64,000 nt of DNA, taken from Eledone cirrhosa. Lineage: Eukaryota. The stretch spans positions 14,880,001-14,944,000 of the forward strand of contig OZ024752.1 of assembly GCA_964016885.1 (NCBI GenBank), read 5' to 3'. The notes under the pieces were generated by a model that was given only the letters and a program-made list of their open reading frames with translations, did no database searches and was not told the DNA's origin. The position numbers and the translations under genes were made by a program. Positions 15,001 through 30,000 of this stretch are shown here, piece by piece. How positions within the stretch are numbered: the stretch's first letter is position 1; the number at the start of each line of letters is the position of its first letter.

Positions 15001-18000
15001 TAGCCTAAACAGTGTTTAACGCCATAGCCTAAACAGTGTTTAACGCCATAGCCTAAACAGTGTTTAACGCCATAGCCTAAACAATGTTTAACGCCATAGC
15101 CTAAACAGTGTTTAACGCCATAGCCTAAACAATGTTTAACGCCATAGCCTAAACAGTGTTTAACGCCATAGCCTAAACAGTGTTTAACGCCATAGCCTAA
15201 ACATTGTTTAACGCCATAGCCTAAACAGTGTTTAACGCCATAGCCTAAACAGTGTTTACCGCCATAGCCTAAACAGTGTTTAACGCCATAGCCTAAACAG
15301 TGTTTAACGCCATAGCCTAAACAGTGTTTAACGCCATAGCCTAAACAGTGTTTAACGCCATAGCCTAAACAGTGTTTAACGCCATAGCCTAAACAGTGTT
15401 TAACGCCACAGCCTAAACAGTGTTTAACGCCATAGCCTAAACATTGTTTAAGGCCATAGCCTAAACAGTGTTTAACGCCATAGCCTAAACAATGTTTAAC
15501 GCCATAGCCTAAACAGTGTTTAACGCCATAGCCTAAACAATGTTTAACGCCATAGCCTAAACAGTGTTTAACACCATAGCCTAAACAGTGTTTAACGCCA
15601 TAGCCTAAACAGTGTTTAACGCCATAGCCTAAACATTGTATAACGCCATAGCCTAAACAGTGTTTAACGCCATAGCCTAAACAGTGTTTAACGCCATAGC
15701 CTAAACAGTGTTTAACGCCATAGCCTAAACAGTGTTTAACGCCATAGCCTAAACAGTGTTTAACGCCATAGCCTAAACAGTGTTTAACGCCATAGCCTAA
15801 ACAGTGTTTAACGCCATAGCCTAAACAGTTTTTAACGCCATAGCCTAAACAGTGTTTAACGCCATAGCCTAAACAGTGTTTAACGCCATAGCCTAAACAG
15901 TGTTTAACGCCACAGCCTAAACAGTGTTTAACGCCACAGCCTAAACAGTGTTTAACGCCATAGCCTAAACATTGTTTAACGCCATAGCCTAAACAGTGTT
16001 TAACGCCATAGCCTAAACAGTGTTTAACGCCATAGCCTAAACAATGTTTAACGCCATAGCCTAAACAATGTTTAACGCCATAGCCTAAACAGTGTTTAAC
16101 GCCATAGCCTAAACAGTGTTTAACGCCATAGCCTAAACAGTGTTTAACGCCATAGCCTAAACTGTGTTTAACGCCATAGCCTAAACAGTGTTTAACGCCA
16201 TAGCATAAACAGTGTTTAACGCCATAGCCTAAACAGTGTTTAACGCCATAGCCTAAACAGTGTTTAACGCCATAGCCTAAACAGTGTTTAACGCCATAGC
16301 CTAAACAGTGTTTAACGCCATAGCCTAAACAGTGTTTAACGCCACAGCCTAAACAGTGTTTAACGCCACAGCCTAAACAGTGTTTAACGCCATAGCCTAA
16401 ACATTGTTTAACGCCATAGCCTAAACAGTGTTTAACGCCATAGCCTAAACAGTGTTTAACGCCATAGCCTAAACAGTGTTTAGCGCCATAACCTAAACAG
16501 TGTTTAACGCCATAGCCTAAACAGTGTTTAACGCCATAGCCTAAACATTGTTTAACGCCATAGCCTAAACAGTGTTTAACGCCATAGCCTAAACAGTGTT
16601 TAACACCATAGCCTAAACAGTGTTTAACGCCATAGCCTAAACAGTGTTTAACGCCACAGCCTAAACAGTGTTTAACGCCATAGCCTAAACATTGTTTAAC
16701 GCCATAGCCTAAACAGTGTTTAACGCCATAGCCTAAACAGTGTTTAACGCCATAGCCTAAACAGTGTTTAACGCCACAGCCTAAACAGTGTTTAACGCCA
16801 TAGCCTAAACATTGTTTAACGCCATAGCCTAAACAGTGTTTAACGCCATAGCCTAAACAATGTTTAACGCCATAGCCTAAACAGTGTTTAACGCCATAGC
16901 CTAAACAATGCTTAACGCCATAGCCTAAACAGTGTTTAACGCCATAGCCTAAACAGTGTTTAACGCCATAGCCTAAACAGTGTTTAACGCCATAGCCTAA
17001 ACATTGTATGACGTCATAGCCTAAACAGTGTTTAACGCCATAGCCTAAACAGTGTTTAACGCCATAGCCTAAAGAGTGTTTAACGCCATATCCTAAACAG
17101 TGTTTAACGCCATAGCCTAAACAGTGTTTAACGCCATAGCCTAAACAATGTTTAACGCCATAGCCTAAACAGTGTTTAACGCCATAGCCTAAACAGTGTT
17201 TAACGCCATAGCCTAAACAGTGTTTAACGCCATAGCCTAAACATTGTTTAACGCCATAGCCTAAACAGTGTTTAACGCCATAGCCTAAACAATGTTTAAC
17301 GCCATAGCCTAAACAGTGTTTAACGCCATAGCCTAAACAATGTTTAACGCCATAGCCTAAACAGTGTTTAACGCCATAGCCCAAACAATGTTTAACGCCA
17401 TAGCCTAAACAGTGTTTAACGCCATAGCATAAACAGTGTTTAACGCCATAGTATAAATAGTGTTTAACGCCATAGCCTAAACAGTGTTTAACGCCATAGC
17501 CTAAACAGTTTTGAACGCCATAGCCTAAACAGTGTTTAACGCCATAGCCTAAACAGTGTTTAACGCCATAGCCTAAACAGTGTTTAACGCCACAGCCTAA
17601 ACAGTGTTTAACGCCACAGCCTAAACAGTGTTTAACGCCATAGCCTAAACATTGTTTAACGCCATAGCCTAAACAGTGTTTAACGCCATAGCCTAAACAG
17701 TGTTTAACGCCATAGCCTAAACAATGTTTAACGCCATAGCCTAAACAATGTTTAACGCCATAGCCTAAACAGTGTTTAACGCCATAGCCTAAACAGTGTT
17801 TAACGCCATAGCCTAAACAGTGTTTAACGCCATAGCCTAAACTGTGTTTAACGCCATAGCCTAAACAGTGTTTAACGCCATAGCATAAACAGTGTTTAAC
17901 GCCATAGCCTAAACAGTGTTTAACGCCATAGCCTAAACAGTGTTTAACGCCATAGCCTAAACAGTGTTTAACGCCATAGCCTAAACATTTTTTAACGCCA

Positions 18001-21000
18001 TAGCCTAAACAGTGTTTAACGCCATAGCCTAAACAGTGTTTAACGCCATAGCCTAAACAGTGTTTAACGCCATAGCCTAAACAGTGTTTAGCGCCATAAC
18101 CTAAACAGTGTTTAACGCCATAGCCTAAACAGTGTTTAACGCCATAGCCTAAACATTGTTTAACGCCATAGCCTAAACAGTGTTTAACGCCATAGCCTAA
18201 ACAGTGTTTAACACCATAGCCTAAACAGTGTTTAACGCCATAGCCTAAACAGTGTTTAACGCCACAGCCTAAACAGTGTTTAACGCCATAGCCTAAACAT
18301 TGTTTAACGCCATAGCCTAAACAGTGTTTAACGCCATAGCCTAAACAGTGTTTAACGCCATAGCCTAAACAGTGTTTAACGCCACAGCCTAAACAGTGTT
18401 TAACGCCATAGCCTAAACATTGTTTAACGCCATAGCCTAAACAGTGTTTAACGCCATAGCCTAAACAATGTTTAACGCCATAGCCTAAACAGTGTTTAAC
18501 GCCATAGCCTAAACAATGCTTAACGCCATAGCCTAAACAGTGTTTAACGCCATAGCCTAAACAGTGTTTAACGCCATAGCCTAAACAGTGTTTAACGCCA
18601 TAGCCTAAACATTGTATAACGTCATAGCCTAAACAGTGTTTAACGCCATAGCCTAAACAGTGTTTAACGCCATAGCCTAAAGAGTGTTTAACGCCATATC
18701 CTAAACAGTGTTTAACGCCATAGCCTAAACAGTGTTTAACGCCATAGCCTAAACAATGTTTAACGCCATAGCCTAAACAGTGTTTAACGCCATAGCCTAA
18801 ACAGTGTTTAACGCCATAGCCTAAACAGTGTTTAACGCCATAGCCTAAACATTGTTTAACGCCATAGCCTAAACAGTGTTTAACGCCATAGCCTAAACAA
18901 TGTTTAACGCCATAGCCTAAACAGTGTTTAACGCCATAGCCTAAACAATGTTTAACGCCATAGCCTAAACAGTGTTTAACGCCATAGCCTAAACAATGTT
19001 TAACGCCATAGCCTAAACAGTGTTTAACGCCATAGCATAAACAGTGTTTAACGCCATAGTATAAATAGTGTTTAACGCCATAGCCTAAACAGTGTTTAAC
19101 GCCATAGCCTAAACAGTTTTTAACGCCATAGCCTAAACAGTGTTTAACGCCATAGCCTAAACAGTGTTTAACGCCATAGCCTAAACAGTGTTTAACGCCA
19201 TAGCCTAAACAGTGTTTAACGCCACAGCCTAAACAGTGTTTAACGCCACAGCCTAAACAGTGTTTAACGCCATAGCCTAAACATTGTTTAACGCCATAGC
19301 CTAAACAGTGTTTAACGCCATAGCCTAAACAGTGTTTAACGCCATAGCCTAAACAATGTTTAACGCCATAGCCTAAACAATGTTTAACGCCATAGCCTAA
19401 ACAGTGTTTAACGCCATAGCCTAAACAGTGTTTAACGCCATAGCCTAAACAGTGTTTAACGCCATAGCCTAAACTGTGTTTAACGCCATAGCCTAAACAG
19501 TGTTTAACGCCATAGCATAAACAGTGTTTAACGCCATAGCCTAAACAGTGTTTAACGCCATAGCCTAAACAGTGTTTAACGCCATAGCCTAAACAGTGTT
19601 TAACGCCATAGCCTAAACATTTTTTAACGCCATAGCCTAAACAGTGTTTAACGCCATAGCCTAAACAGTGTTTAACGCCATAGCCTAAACAGTGTTTAAC
19701 GCCATAGCCTAAACAGTGTTTAACGCCATAGCCTAAACATTGTTTAACGCCATAGCCTAAACAGTGTTTAACGCCAAAGCCTAAACAGTGTTTAACACCA
19801 TAGCCTAAACAGTGTTTAACGCCATAGCCTAAACAGTGTTTAACGCCACAGCCTAAACAGTGTTTAACGCCATAGCCTAAACATTGTTTAACGCCATAGC
19901 CTAAACAGTGTTTAACGCCATAGCCTAAACAGTGTTTAACGCCACAGCCTAAACAGTGTTTAACGCCATAGCCAAAACATTGTTTAACGCCATAGCCTAA
20001 ACAGTGTTTAACGCCATAGCCTAAACAATGTTTAACGCCATAGCCTAAACAGTGTTTAACGCCATAGCCTAAACAATGCTTAACGCCATAGCCTAAACAG
20101 TGTTTAACGCCATAGCCTAAACAGTGTTTAACGCCATAGCCTAAACAGTGTTTAACGCCATAGCCTAAACATTGTATAACGTCATAGCCTAAACAGTGTT
20201 TAACGCCATAGCCTAAACAGTGTTTAACGCCATAGCCTAAAGAGTGTTTAACGCCATATCCTAAACAGTGTTTAACGCCATAGCCTAAACAATGTTTAAC
20301 GCCATAGCCTAAACAGTGTTTAACGCCATAGCCTAAACAGTGTTTAACGCCATAGCCTAAACAGTGTTTAACGCCATAGCCTAAACATTGTTTAACGCCA
20401 TAGCCTAAACAGTGTTTAACGCCATAGCCTAAACAATGTTTAACGCCATAGCCTAAACAGTGTTTAACGCCATAGCCTAAACAATGTTTAACGCCATAGC
20501 CTAAACAGTGTTTAACGCCATAGCCTAAACAATTTTTAACGCTATAGCCTAAACAATGTTTAACGCCATAGCATAAACAATGTTTAACGCCATAGCCTAA
20601 ACAATGTTTAACGCCATAGCCTAAACAGTGTTTAACGCCATAGCCTAAACAGTGTTTAACGCCATAGCCTAAACAGTGTTTAACGCCATAGCCTAAACAG
20701 TGTTTAACGCCATAGCCTAAACAGTGTTTAACGCCATAGCCTAAACAATGTTTAACGCCATAGCCTAAACAGTGTTTAACGCCATAGCCTAAACAGTGTT
20801 AAACGCCATAGCCTAAACAGTGTTTAACGCCATAGCCTAAACAGTGTTTAACGCCATAACCTAAACAGTGTTTAACGCCATAGCCTAAACTGTGTTTAAC
20901 GCCATAGCCTAAACAGTGTTTAACGCCATAGCCTAAACTGTGTTTAACGCCATAGCATAAACAGTGTTTAACGCCATAGCCTAAACAGTGTTTAAAGCCA

Positions 21001-24000
21001 TAGCCTAAACAGTGTTTAACGCCATAGACTAAACAGTGTTTAACGCCATAGCCTAAACAGTGTTTAACGCCATAGCCTAAACAGTGTTTAACGCCATAGC
21101 CTAAACTGTGTTTAACGCCATAGCCTAAACAGTGTTTAAAGCCATAGCATAAAGAGTGTTTAACGCCATAGCCTAAACATTGCTTAACGCCATAGACTAA
21201 ACAGTGTTTAACGCCATAGCATAAACAGTGTTTAACGCCATAGCCTAAACAGTGTTTAAAGCCATAGCCTAAACAGTGTTTAACGCCATAGCCTAAACAG
21301 TGTTTAACGCCATAGCCTAAACAGTGTTTAACGCCATAGCCTAAACAGTGTTTAACGCCACAGCATAAACAGTGTTTAACGCCATAGCCTAAACAGTGTT
21401 TAACGCCATAGTATAAATTGTGTTTAACGCCATAGCCTAAACAGTGTTTAACGCCATAGCCTAAACAATGTTTAACGCCATAGCCTAAACAGTGTTTAAC
21501 GCCATAGCCTAAATAGTGTTTAACGCCATAGCCTAAACAGTGTTTAACGCCATAGCCTAAACAGTGTTTAACGCCATAGCCTAAACAGTGTTTAACGCCA
21601 TAGCCTAAACAATGTTTAACGCCATAGCCTAAACAGTGTTTAACGCCATAGCCTAAACATTGTTTAACGCCATAGCCTAAACAGTGTTTAACGCCATAGC
21701 CTAAACAGTGTTTAACGCCATAGCCTAAACTGTGTTTAACGCCATAGCCTAAACAGTGTTTAACGCCATAGCATAAAGAGTGTTTAACGCCATAGCCTAA
21801 ACAGAGTTTAACGCCATAGCCTAAACAGTGTTTAACGCCATAGCATAAACAGTGTTTAACGCCATAGCCTAAACAGTGTTTAAAGCCATAGCCTAAACAG
21901 TGTTTAACGCCATAGCCTAAACAGTGTTTAACGCCATAGCCTAAACAGTGTTTAACGCCATAGCCTAAACAGTGTTTAACGCCATAGCCTAAACTGTGTT
22001 TAACGCCATAGCCTAAACAGTGTTTAACGCCATAGCATAAAGAGTGTTTAACGCCATAGCCTAAACAGTGTTTAACGCCATAGACTAAACAGTGTTTAAC
22101 GCCATAGCATAAACAGTGTTCAACGCCATAGCCTAAACAGTGTTTAAAGCCATAGCCTAAACAGTGTTTAACGCCATAGCCTAAACAGTGTTTAACGCCA
22201 TAGCATAAAGAGTGTTTAACGCCATAGCCTAAACAGTGTTTAACGCCATAGACTAAACAGTGTTTAACGCCATAGCATAAACAGTGTTTAACGCCATAGC
22301 CTAAACAGTGTTTAAAGCCATAGCCTAAACAGTGTTTAACGCCATAGCCTAAACAGTGTTTAAGGCCATAGCCTAAACAATGTTTAACGCCATAGCCTAA
22401 ACAGTGTTTAACGCCATAGCATAAACAGTGTTTAACGCCATAGCCTAAACAGTGTTTAACGCCATAGTATAAATAGTGTTTAACGCCATAGCCTAAACAG
22501 TGTTTAACGCCATAGCCTAAACAATGTTTAACGCCATAGCCTAAACAGTGTTTAACGCCATAGCCTAAATAGTGTTTAACGCCATAGCCTAAACAGTGTT
22601 TAACGCCATTACCTAAACAGTGTTTAACGCCATAGCCTAAACAGTGTTTAACGCCATAGCCTAAACAATGTTTAACGCCATAGCCTAAACAGTGTTTAAC
22701 GCCATAGCCTAAACAGTGTTTAACGCCATAGCCTAAACAGTGTTTAACGCCATAGCCTTAACATTGTTTAACGCCATAGCCTAAACAGTGTTTAACGCCA
22801 TAGCCTAAACAGTGTTTAACGCCATAGCCTAAACTGTGTTTAACGCCATAGCCTAAACAGTGTTTAACGCCATAGCATAAGGAGTGTTTAACGCCATAGC
22901 CTAAACAGAGTTTAACGCCATAGCCTAAACAGTGATTAACGCCATAGCATAAACAGTGTTTAACGCCATAGCCTAAACAGTGTTTAAAGCCATAGCCTAA
23001 ACAGTGTTTAACGCCATAGCCTAAACAGTGTTTAACGCCATAGCCTAAACAGTGTTTAACGCCATAGCCTAAACAGTGTTTAACGCCATAGCCTAAACAG
23101 TGTTTAACGCCATAGCCTAAACAGTGTTTAACGCCATAGCATAAACAGTGTTTAACGCCATAGCCTAAACAGTGTTTAAAGCCATAGCCTAAACAGTGTT
23201 TAACGCCATAGCCTAAACAGTGTTTAACGCCATAGCCTAAACAATGTTTAACGCCATAGCCTAAACAGTGTTTAACGCCATAGCATAAACAGTGTTTAAC
23301 GCCATAGTATAAATAGTGTTTAACGCCATAGCCTAAACAGTGTTTAACGCCATAGCCTAAACAATGTTTAACGCCATAGCCTAAACAGTGTTTAACGCCA
23401 TAGCCTAAACAGTGTTTAACGCCATAGCCTAAACAGTGTTTAACGCCATAGCCTAAACAGTGTTTAACGCCATAGCCTAAACAGTGTTTAACGCCATAGC
23501 CTAAACAATGTTTAACGCCATAGCCTAAACAGTGTTTAACGCCATAGCCTAAACAGGGTTTAACGCCATAGCCTAAACAATGTTTAACGCCATAGCCTAA
23601 ACAGTGTTTAACGCCATAGCCTAAACAATGTTTAACGCCATAGCCTAAACAGTGTTTAACGCCATAGCCTAAACAGTGTTTAACGCCATAGCCTAAACAG
23701 TGTTTAACGCCATAGCCTAAACAATGTTTAACGCCATAGCCTAAACAGTGTTTAACGCCATAGCCTAAACAATGTTTAACGCCATAGCCTAAACAATGTT
23801 TAACGCCATAGCCTAAACAGTGTTTAACGCCATAGCCTAAACAATGTTTAACGCCATAGCCTAAACAGTGTTTAACGCCATAGCCTAAACAGTGTTTAAC
23901 GCCATAGCCTAAACAGTGTTTAACGCCATAGCCTAAACAATGTTTAACGCCTTAGCCTAAACAGTGTTTAACGCCATAGCCTAAACAGTGTTTAACGCCA

Positions 24001-27000
24001 TAGCCTAAACAATGTTTAACGCCATAGCCTAAACAGTGTTTAACGCCATAGCCTAAACAGTGTTTAACGCCATAGCCTAAACAATGTTTAACGCCATAGC
24101 CTAAACAATGTTTAACGCCATAGCCTAAACAATGTTTAACGCCATAGCCTAAACAGTGTTTAACGCCATATACTAAACAGTGTTTAACGCCATAGCCTAA
24201 ACAGTGTTTAACGCCATAGCCTAAACAGTGTTTAACGCCATAGCCTAAACAATGTTTAACGCCATAGCCTAAACAGTGTTTAACGCCATAGCCTAAACAA
24301 TGGTTAACGCCATAGCCTAAACAGTGTTTAACGCCATAGCCTAAACAGTGTTTAACGCCATAGCCTAAACAGTGTTTAACGCCATAGCCTAAACAGTGTT
24401 TAACGCCATAGCCTAAACAATGTTTAACGCCATAGCCTAAACAGTGTTTAACGCCATAGCCTAAACAGTGTTTAACGCCATAGCCTAAACAGTGTTTAAC
24501 GCCATAGCCTAAACAATGTTTAACGCCATAGCCTAAACAGTGTTTAACGCCATAGCCTAAACAGTGTTTAACGCCATAGCCTAAACAATGTTTAACGCCA
24601 TAGCCTAAACAGTGTTTAACGCCATAGCCTAAACAGTGTTTAACGCCATAGCCTAAACAATGTTTAACGCCATAGCCTAAACAGTGTTTAACGCCATAGC
24701 CTAAACAGTGTTTAACGCCATAGCCTAAACAATGTTTAACGCCATAGCCTAAACAGTGTTTAACGCCATAGCCTAAACAGTGTTTAACGCCATAGCCTAA
24801 ACATTGTTTAACGCCATAGCCTAAACAGTGTTTAACGCCATAGCCTAAACAGTGTTTAAGGCCATAGCCTAAACAATGTTTAACGCCATAGCCTAAACAG
24901 TGTTTAACGCCATAGCATAAACAGTGTTTAACGCCATAGCCTAAACAGTGTTTAACGCCATAGTATAAATAGTGTTTAACGCCATAGCCTAAACAGTGTT
25001 TAACGCCATAGCCTAAACAATGTTTAACGCCATAGCCTAAACAGTGTTTAACGCCATAGCCTAAATAGTGTTTAACGCCATAGCCTAAACAGTGTTTAAC
25101 GCCATTACCTAAACAGTGTTTAACGCCATAGCCTAAACAGTGTTTAACGCCATAGCCTAAACAATGTTTAACGCCATAGCCTAAACAGTGTTTAACGCCA
25201 TAGCCTAAACAGTGTTTAACGCCATAGCCTAAACAGTGTTTAACGCCATAGCCTTAACATTGTTTAACGCCATAGCCTAAACAGTGTTTAACGCCATAGC
25301 CTAAACAGTGTTTAACGCCATAGCCTAAACTGTGTTTAACGCCATAGCCTAAACAGTGTTTAACGCCATAGCATAAAGAGTGTTTAACGCCATAGCCTAA
25401 ACAGAGTTTAACGCCATAGCCTAAACAGTGTTTAACGCCATAGCATAAACAGTGTTTAACGCCATAGCCTAAACAGTGTTTAAAGCCATAGCCTAAACAG
25501 TGTTTAACGCCATAGCCTAAACAGTGTTTAACGCCATAGCCTAAACAGTGTTTAACGCCATAGCCTAAACAGTGTTTAACGCCATAGCCTAAACAGTGTT
25601 TAACGCCATAGCATAAACAGTGTTTAACGCCATAGCCTAAACAGTGTTTAAAGCCATAGCCTAAACAGTGTTTAACGCCATAGCCTAAACAGTGTTTAAC
25701 GCCATAGCCTAAACAATGTTTAACGCCATAGCCTAAACAGTGTTTAACGCCATAGCATAAACAGTGTTTAACGCCATAGTATAAATAGTGTTTAACGCCA
25801 TAGCCTAAACAGTGTTTAACGCCATAGCCTAAACAATGTTTAACGCCATAGCCTAAACAGTGTTTAACGCCATAGCCTAAACAGTGTTTAACGCCATAGC
25901 CTAAACAGTGTTTAACGCCATAGCCTAAACAGTGTTTAACGCCATAGCCTAAACAGTGTTTAACGCCATAGCCTAAACAATGTTTAACGCCATAGCCTAA
26001 ACAGTGTTTAACGCCATAGCCTAAACAGGGTTTAACGCCATAGCCTAAACAATGTTTAACGCCATAGCCTAAACAGTGTTTAACGCCATAGCCTAAACAA
26101 TGTTTAACGCCATAGCCTAAACAGTGTTTAACGCCATAGCCTAAACAGTGTTTAACGCCATAGCCTAAACAGTGTTTAACGCCATAGCCTAAACAATGTT
26201 TAACGCCATAGCCTAAACAGTGTTTAACGCCATAGCCTAAACAATGTTTAACGCCATAGCCTAAACAATGTTTAACGCCATAGCCTAAACAGTGTTTAAC
26301 GCCATAGCCTAAACAATGTTTAACGCCATAGCCTAAACAGTGTTTAACGCCATAGCCTAAACAGTGTTTAACGCCATAGCCTAAACAGTGTTTAACGCCA
26401 TAGCCTAAACAATGTTTAACGCCTTAGCCTAAACAGTGTTTAACGCCATAGCCTAAACAGTGTTTAACGCCATAGCCTAAACAATGTTTAACGCCATAGC
26501 CTAAACAGTGTTTAACGCCATAGCCTAAACAGTGTTTAACGCCATAGCCTAAACAATGTTTAACGCCATAGCCTAAACAATGTTTAACGCCATAGCCTAA
26601 ACAATGTTTAACGCCATAGCCTAAACAGTGTTTAACGCCATATACTAAACAGTGTTTAACGCCATAGCCTAAACAGTGTTTAACGCCATAGCCTAAACAG
26701 TGTTTAACGCCATAGCCTAAACAATGTTTAACGCCATAGCCTAAACAGTGTTTAACGCCATAGCCTAAACAATGGTTAACGCCATAGCCTAAACAGTGTT
26801 TAACGCCATAGCCTAAACAGTGTTTAACGCCATAGCCTAAACAGTGTTTAACGCCATAGCCTAAACAGTGTTTAACGCCATAGCCTAAACAATGTTTAAC
26901 GCCATAGCCTAAACAGTGTTTAACGCCATAGCCTAAACAGTGTTTAACGCCATAGCCTAAACAGTGTTTAACGCCATAGCCTAAACAATGTTTAACGCCA

Positions 27001-30000
27001 TAGCCTAAACAGTGTTTAACGCCATAGCCTAAACAGTGTTTAACGCCATAGCCTAAACAATGTTTAACGCCATAGCCTAAACAGTGTTTAACGCCATAGC
27101 CTAAACAGTGTTTAACGCCATAGCCTAAACATTGTTTAACGCCATAGCCTAAACAGTGTTTAACGCCATAGCCTAAACAGTGTTTAACGCCATAGCCTAA
27201 ACAATGTTTAACGCCATAGCCTAAACAGTGTTTAACGCCATAGCCTAAATAGTGTTTAACGCCATAGCCTAAACAGTGTTTAACGCCATAGCCTAAACAG
27301 TGTTTAACGCCATAGCCTAAACAGTGTTTAACGCCATAGCCTAAACAATGTTTAACGCCATAGCCTAAACAGTGTTTAACGCCATAGCCTAAACATTGTT
27401 TAACGCCATAGCCTAAACAGTGTTTCACGCCATAGCCTAAACAGTGTTTAACGCCATAGCCTAAACTGTGTTTAACGCCATAGACTAAACAGTGTTTAAC
27501 GCCATAGCATAAAGAGTGTTTAACGCCATAGCCTAAACAGAGTTTAACGCCATAGCCTAAACAGTGTTTAACGCCATAGCATAAACAGTGTTTAACGCCA
27601 TAGCCTAAACAGTGTTTAAAGCCATAGCCTAAACAGTGTTTAACGCCATAGCGTAAACAGTGTTTAACGCCATAGCCTAAACAGTGTTTAACGCCATAGC
27701 CTAAACAGTGTTTAACGCCATAGCCTAAACTGTGTTTAACGCCATAGCCTAAACAGTGTTTAACGCCATATTATAAAGAGTGTTTAACGCCATAGCCTAA
27801 ACAGTGTTTAACGCCATAGACTAAACAGTGTTTAACGCCATAGCATAAACAGTGTTCAACGCCATAGCCTAAACAGTGTTTAAAGCCATAGCCTAAACAG
27901 TGTTTAACGCCATAGCCTAAACAGTGTTTAACGCCATAGCATAAAGAGTGTTTAACGCCATAGCCTAAACAGTGTTTAACGCCATAGACTAAACAGTGTT
28001 TAACGCCATAGCATAAACAGTGTTTAACGCCATAGCCTAAACAGTGTTTAAAGCCATAGCCTAAACAGTGTTTAACGCCATAGCCTAAACAGTGTTTAAG
28101 GCCATAGCCTAAACAATGTTTAACGCCATAGCCTAAACAGTGTTTAACGCCATAGCATAAACAGTGTTTAACGCCATAGCCTAAACAGTGTTTAACGCCA
28201 TAGTATAAATAGTGTTTAACGCCATAGCCTAAACAGTGTTTAACGCCATAGCCTAAACAATGTTTAACGCCATAGCCTAAACAGTGTTTAACGCCATAGC
28301 CTAAATAGTGTTTAACGCCATAGCCTAAACAGTGTTTAACGCCATAGCCTAAACAGTGTTTAACGCCATAGCCTAAACAGTGTTTAACGCCATAGCCTAA
28401 ACAATGTTTAACGCCATAGCCTAAACAGTGTTTAACGCCATAGCCTAAACAGTGTTTAACGCCATAGCCTAAACAGTGTTTAACGCCATAGCCTTAACAT
28501 TGTTTAACGCCATAGCCTAAACAGTGTTTAACGCCATAGCCTAAACAGTGTTTAACGCCATAGCCTAAACTGTGTTTAACGCCATAGCCTAAACAGTGTT
28601 TAACGCCATAGCATAAAGAGTGTTTAACGCCATAGCCTAAACAGAGTTTAACGCCATAGCCTAAACAGTGTTTAACGCCATAGCATAAACAGTGTTTAAC
28701 GCCATAGCCTAAACAGTGTTTAAAGCCATAGCCTAAACAGTGTTTAACGCCATAGCCTAAACAGTGTTTAACGCCATAGCCTAAACAGTGTTTAACGCCA
28801 TAGCCTAAACAGTGTTTAACGCCATAGCCTAAACAGTGTTTAACGCCATAGCCTAAACAGTGTTTAACGCCATAGCATAAACAGTGTTTAACGCCATAGC
28901 CTAAACAGTGTTTAAAGCCATAGCCTAAACAGTGTTTAACGCCATAGCCTAAACAGTGTTTAACGCCATAGCCTAAACAATGTTTAACGCCATAGCCTAA
29001 ACAGTGTTTAACGCCATAGCATAAACAGTGTTTAACGCCATAGTATAAATAGTGTTTAACGCCATAGCCTAAACAGTGTTTAACGCCATAGCCTAAACAA
29101 TGTTTAACGCCATAGCCTAAACAGTGTTTAACGCCATAGCCTAAACAGTGTTTAACGCCATAGCCTAAACAGTGTTTAACGCCATAGCCTAAACAGTGTT
29201 TAACGCCATAGCCTAAACAGTGTTTAACGCCATAGCCTAAACAATGTTTAACGCCATAGCCTAAACAGTGTTTAACGCCATAGCCTAAACAGTGTTTAAC
29301 GCCATAGCCTAAACAGTGTTTAACGCCATAGCCTAAACAATGTTTAACGCCATAGCCTAAACACTGTTTAACGCCATAGCCTAAACAATGTTTAACGCCA
29401 TAGCCTAAACAGTGTTTAACGCCATAGCCTAAACAGTGTTTAACGCCATAGCCTAAACAATGTTTAACGCCATAGCCTAAACAGTGTTTAACGCCATAGC
29501 CTAAACAGGGTTTAACGCCATAGCCTAAACAATGTTTAACGCCATAGCCTAAACAGTGTTTAACGCCATAGCCTAAACAATGTTTAACGCCATAGCCTAA
29601 ACAGTGTTTAACGCCATAGCCTAAACAATGTTTAACGCCATAGCCTAAACAGTGTTTAACGCCATAGCCTAAACAATGTTTAACGCCATAGCCTAAACAA
29701 TGTTTAACGCCATAGCCTAAACAGTGTTTAACGCCATAGCCTAAACAATGTTTAACGCCATAGCCTAAACAGTGTTTAACGCCATAGATTAAACAGTGTT
29801 TAACGCCATAGCCTAAACAGTGTTTAACGCCATAGCCTAAACAATGTTTAACGCCTTAGCCTAAACAGTGTTTAACGCCATAGCCTAAACAGTGTTTAAC
29901 GCCATAGCCTAAACAATGTTTAACGCCATAGCCTAAATAGTGTTTAACGCCATAGCCTAAACAGTGTTTAACGCCATAGCCTAAACAATGTTTAACGCCA

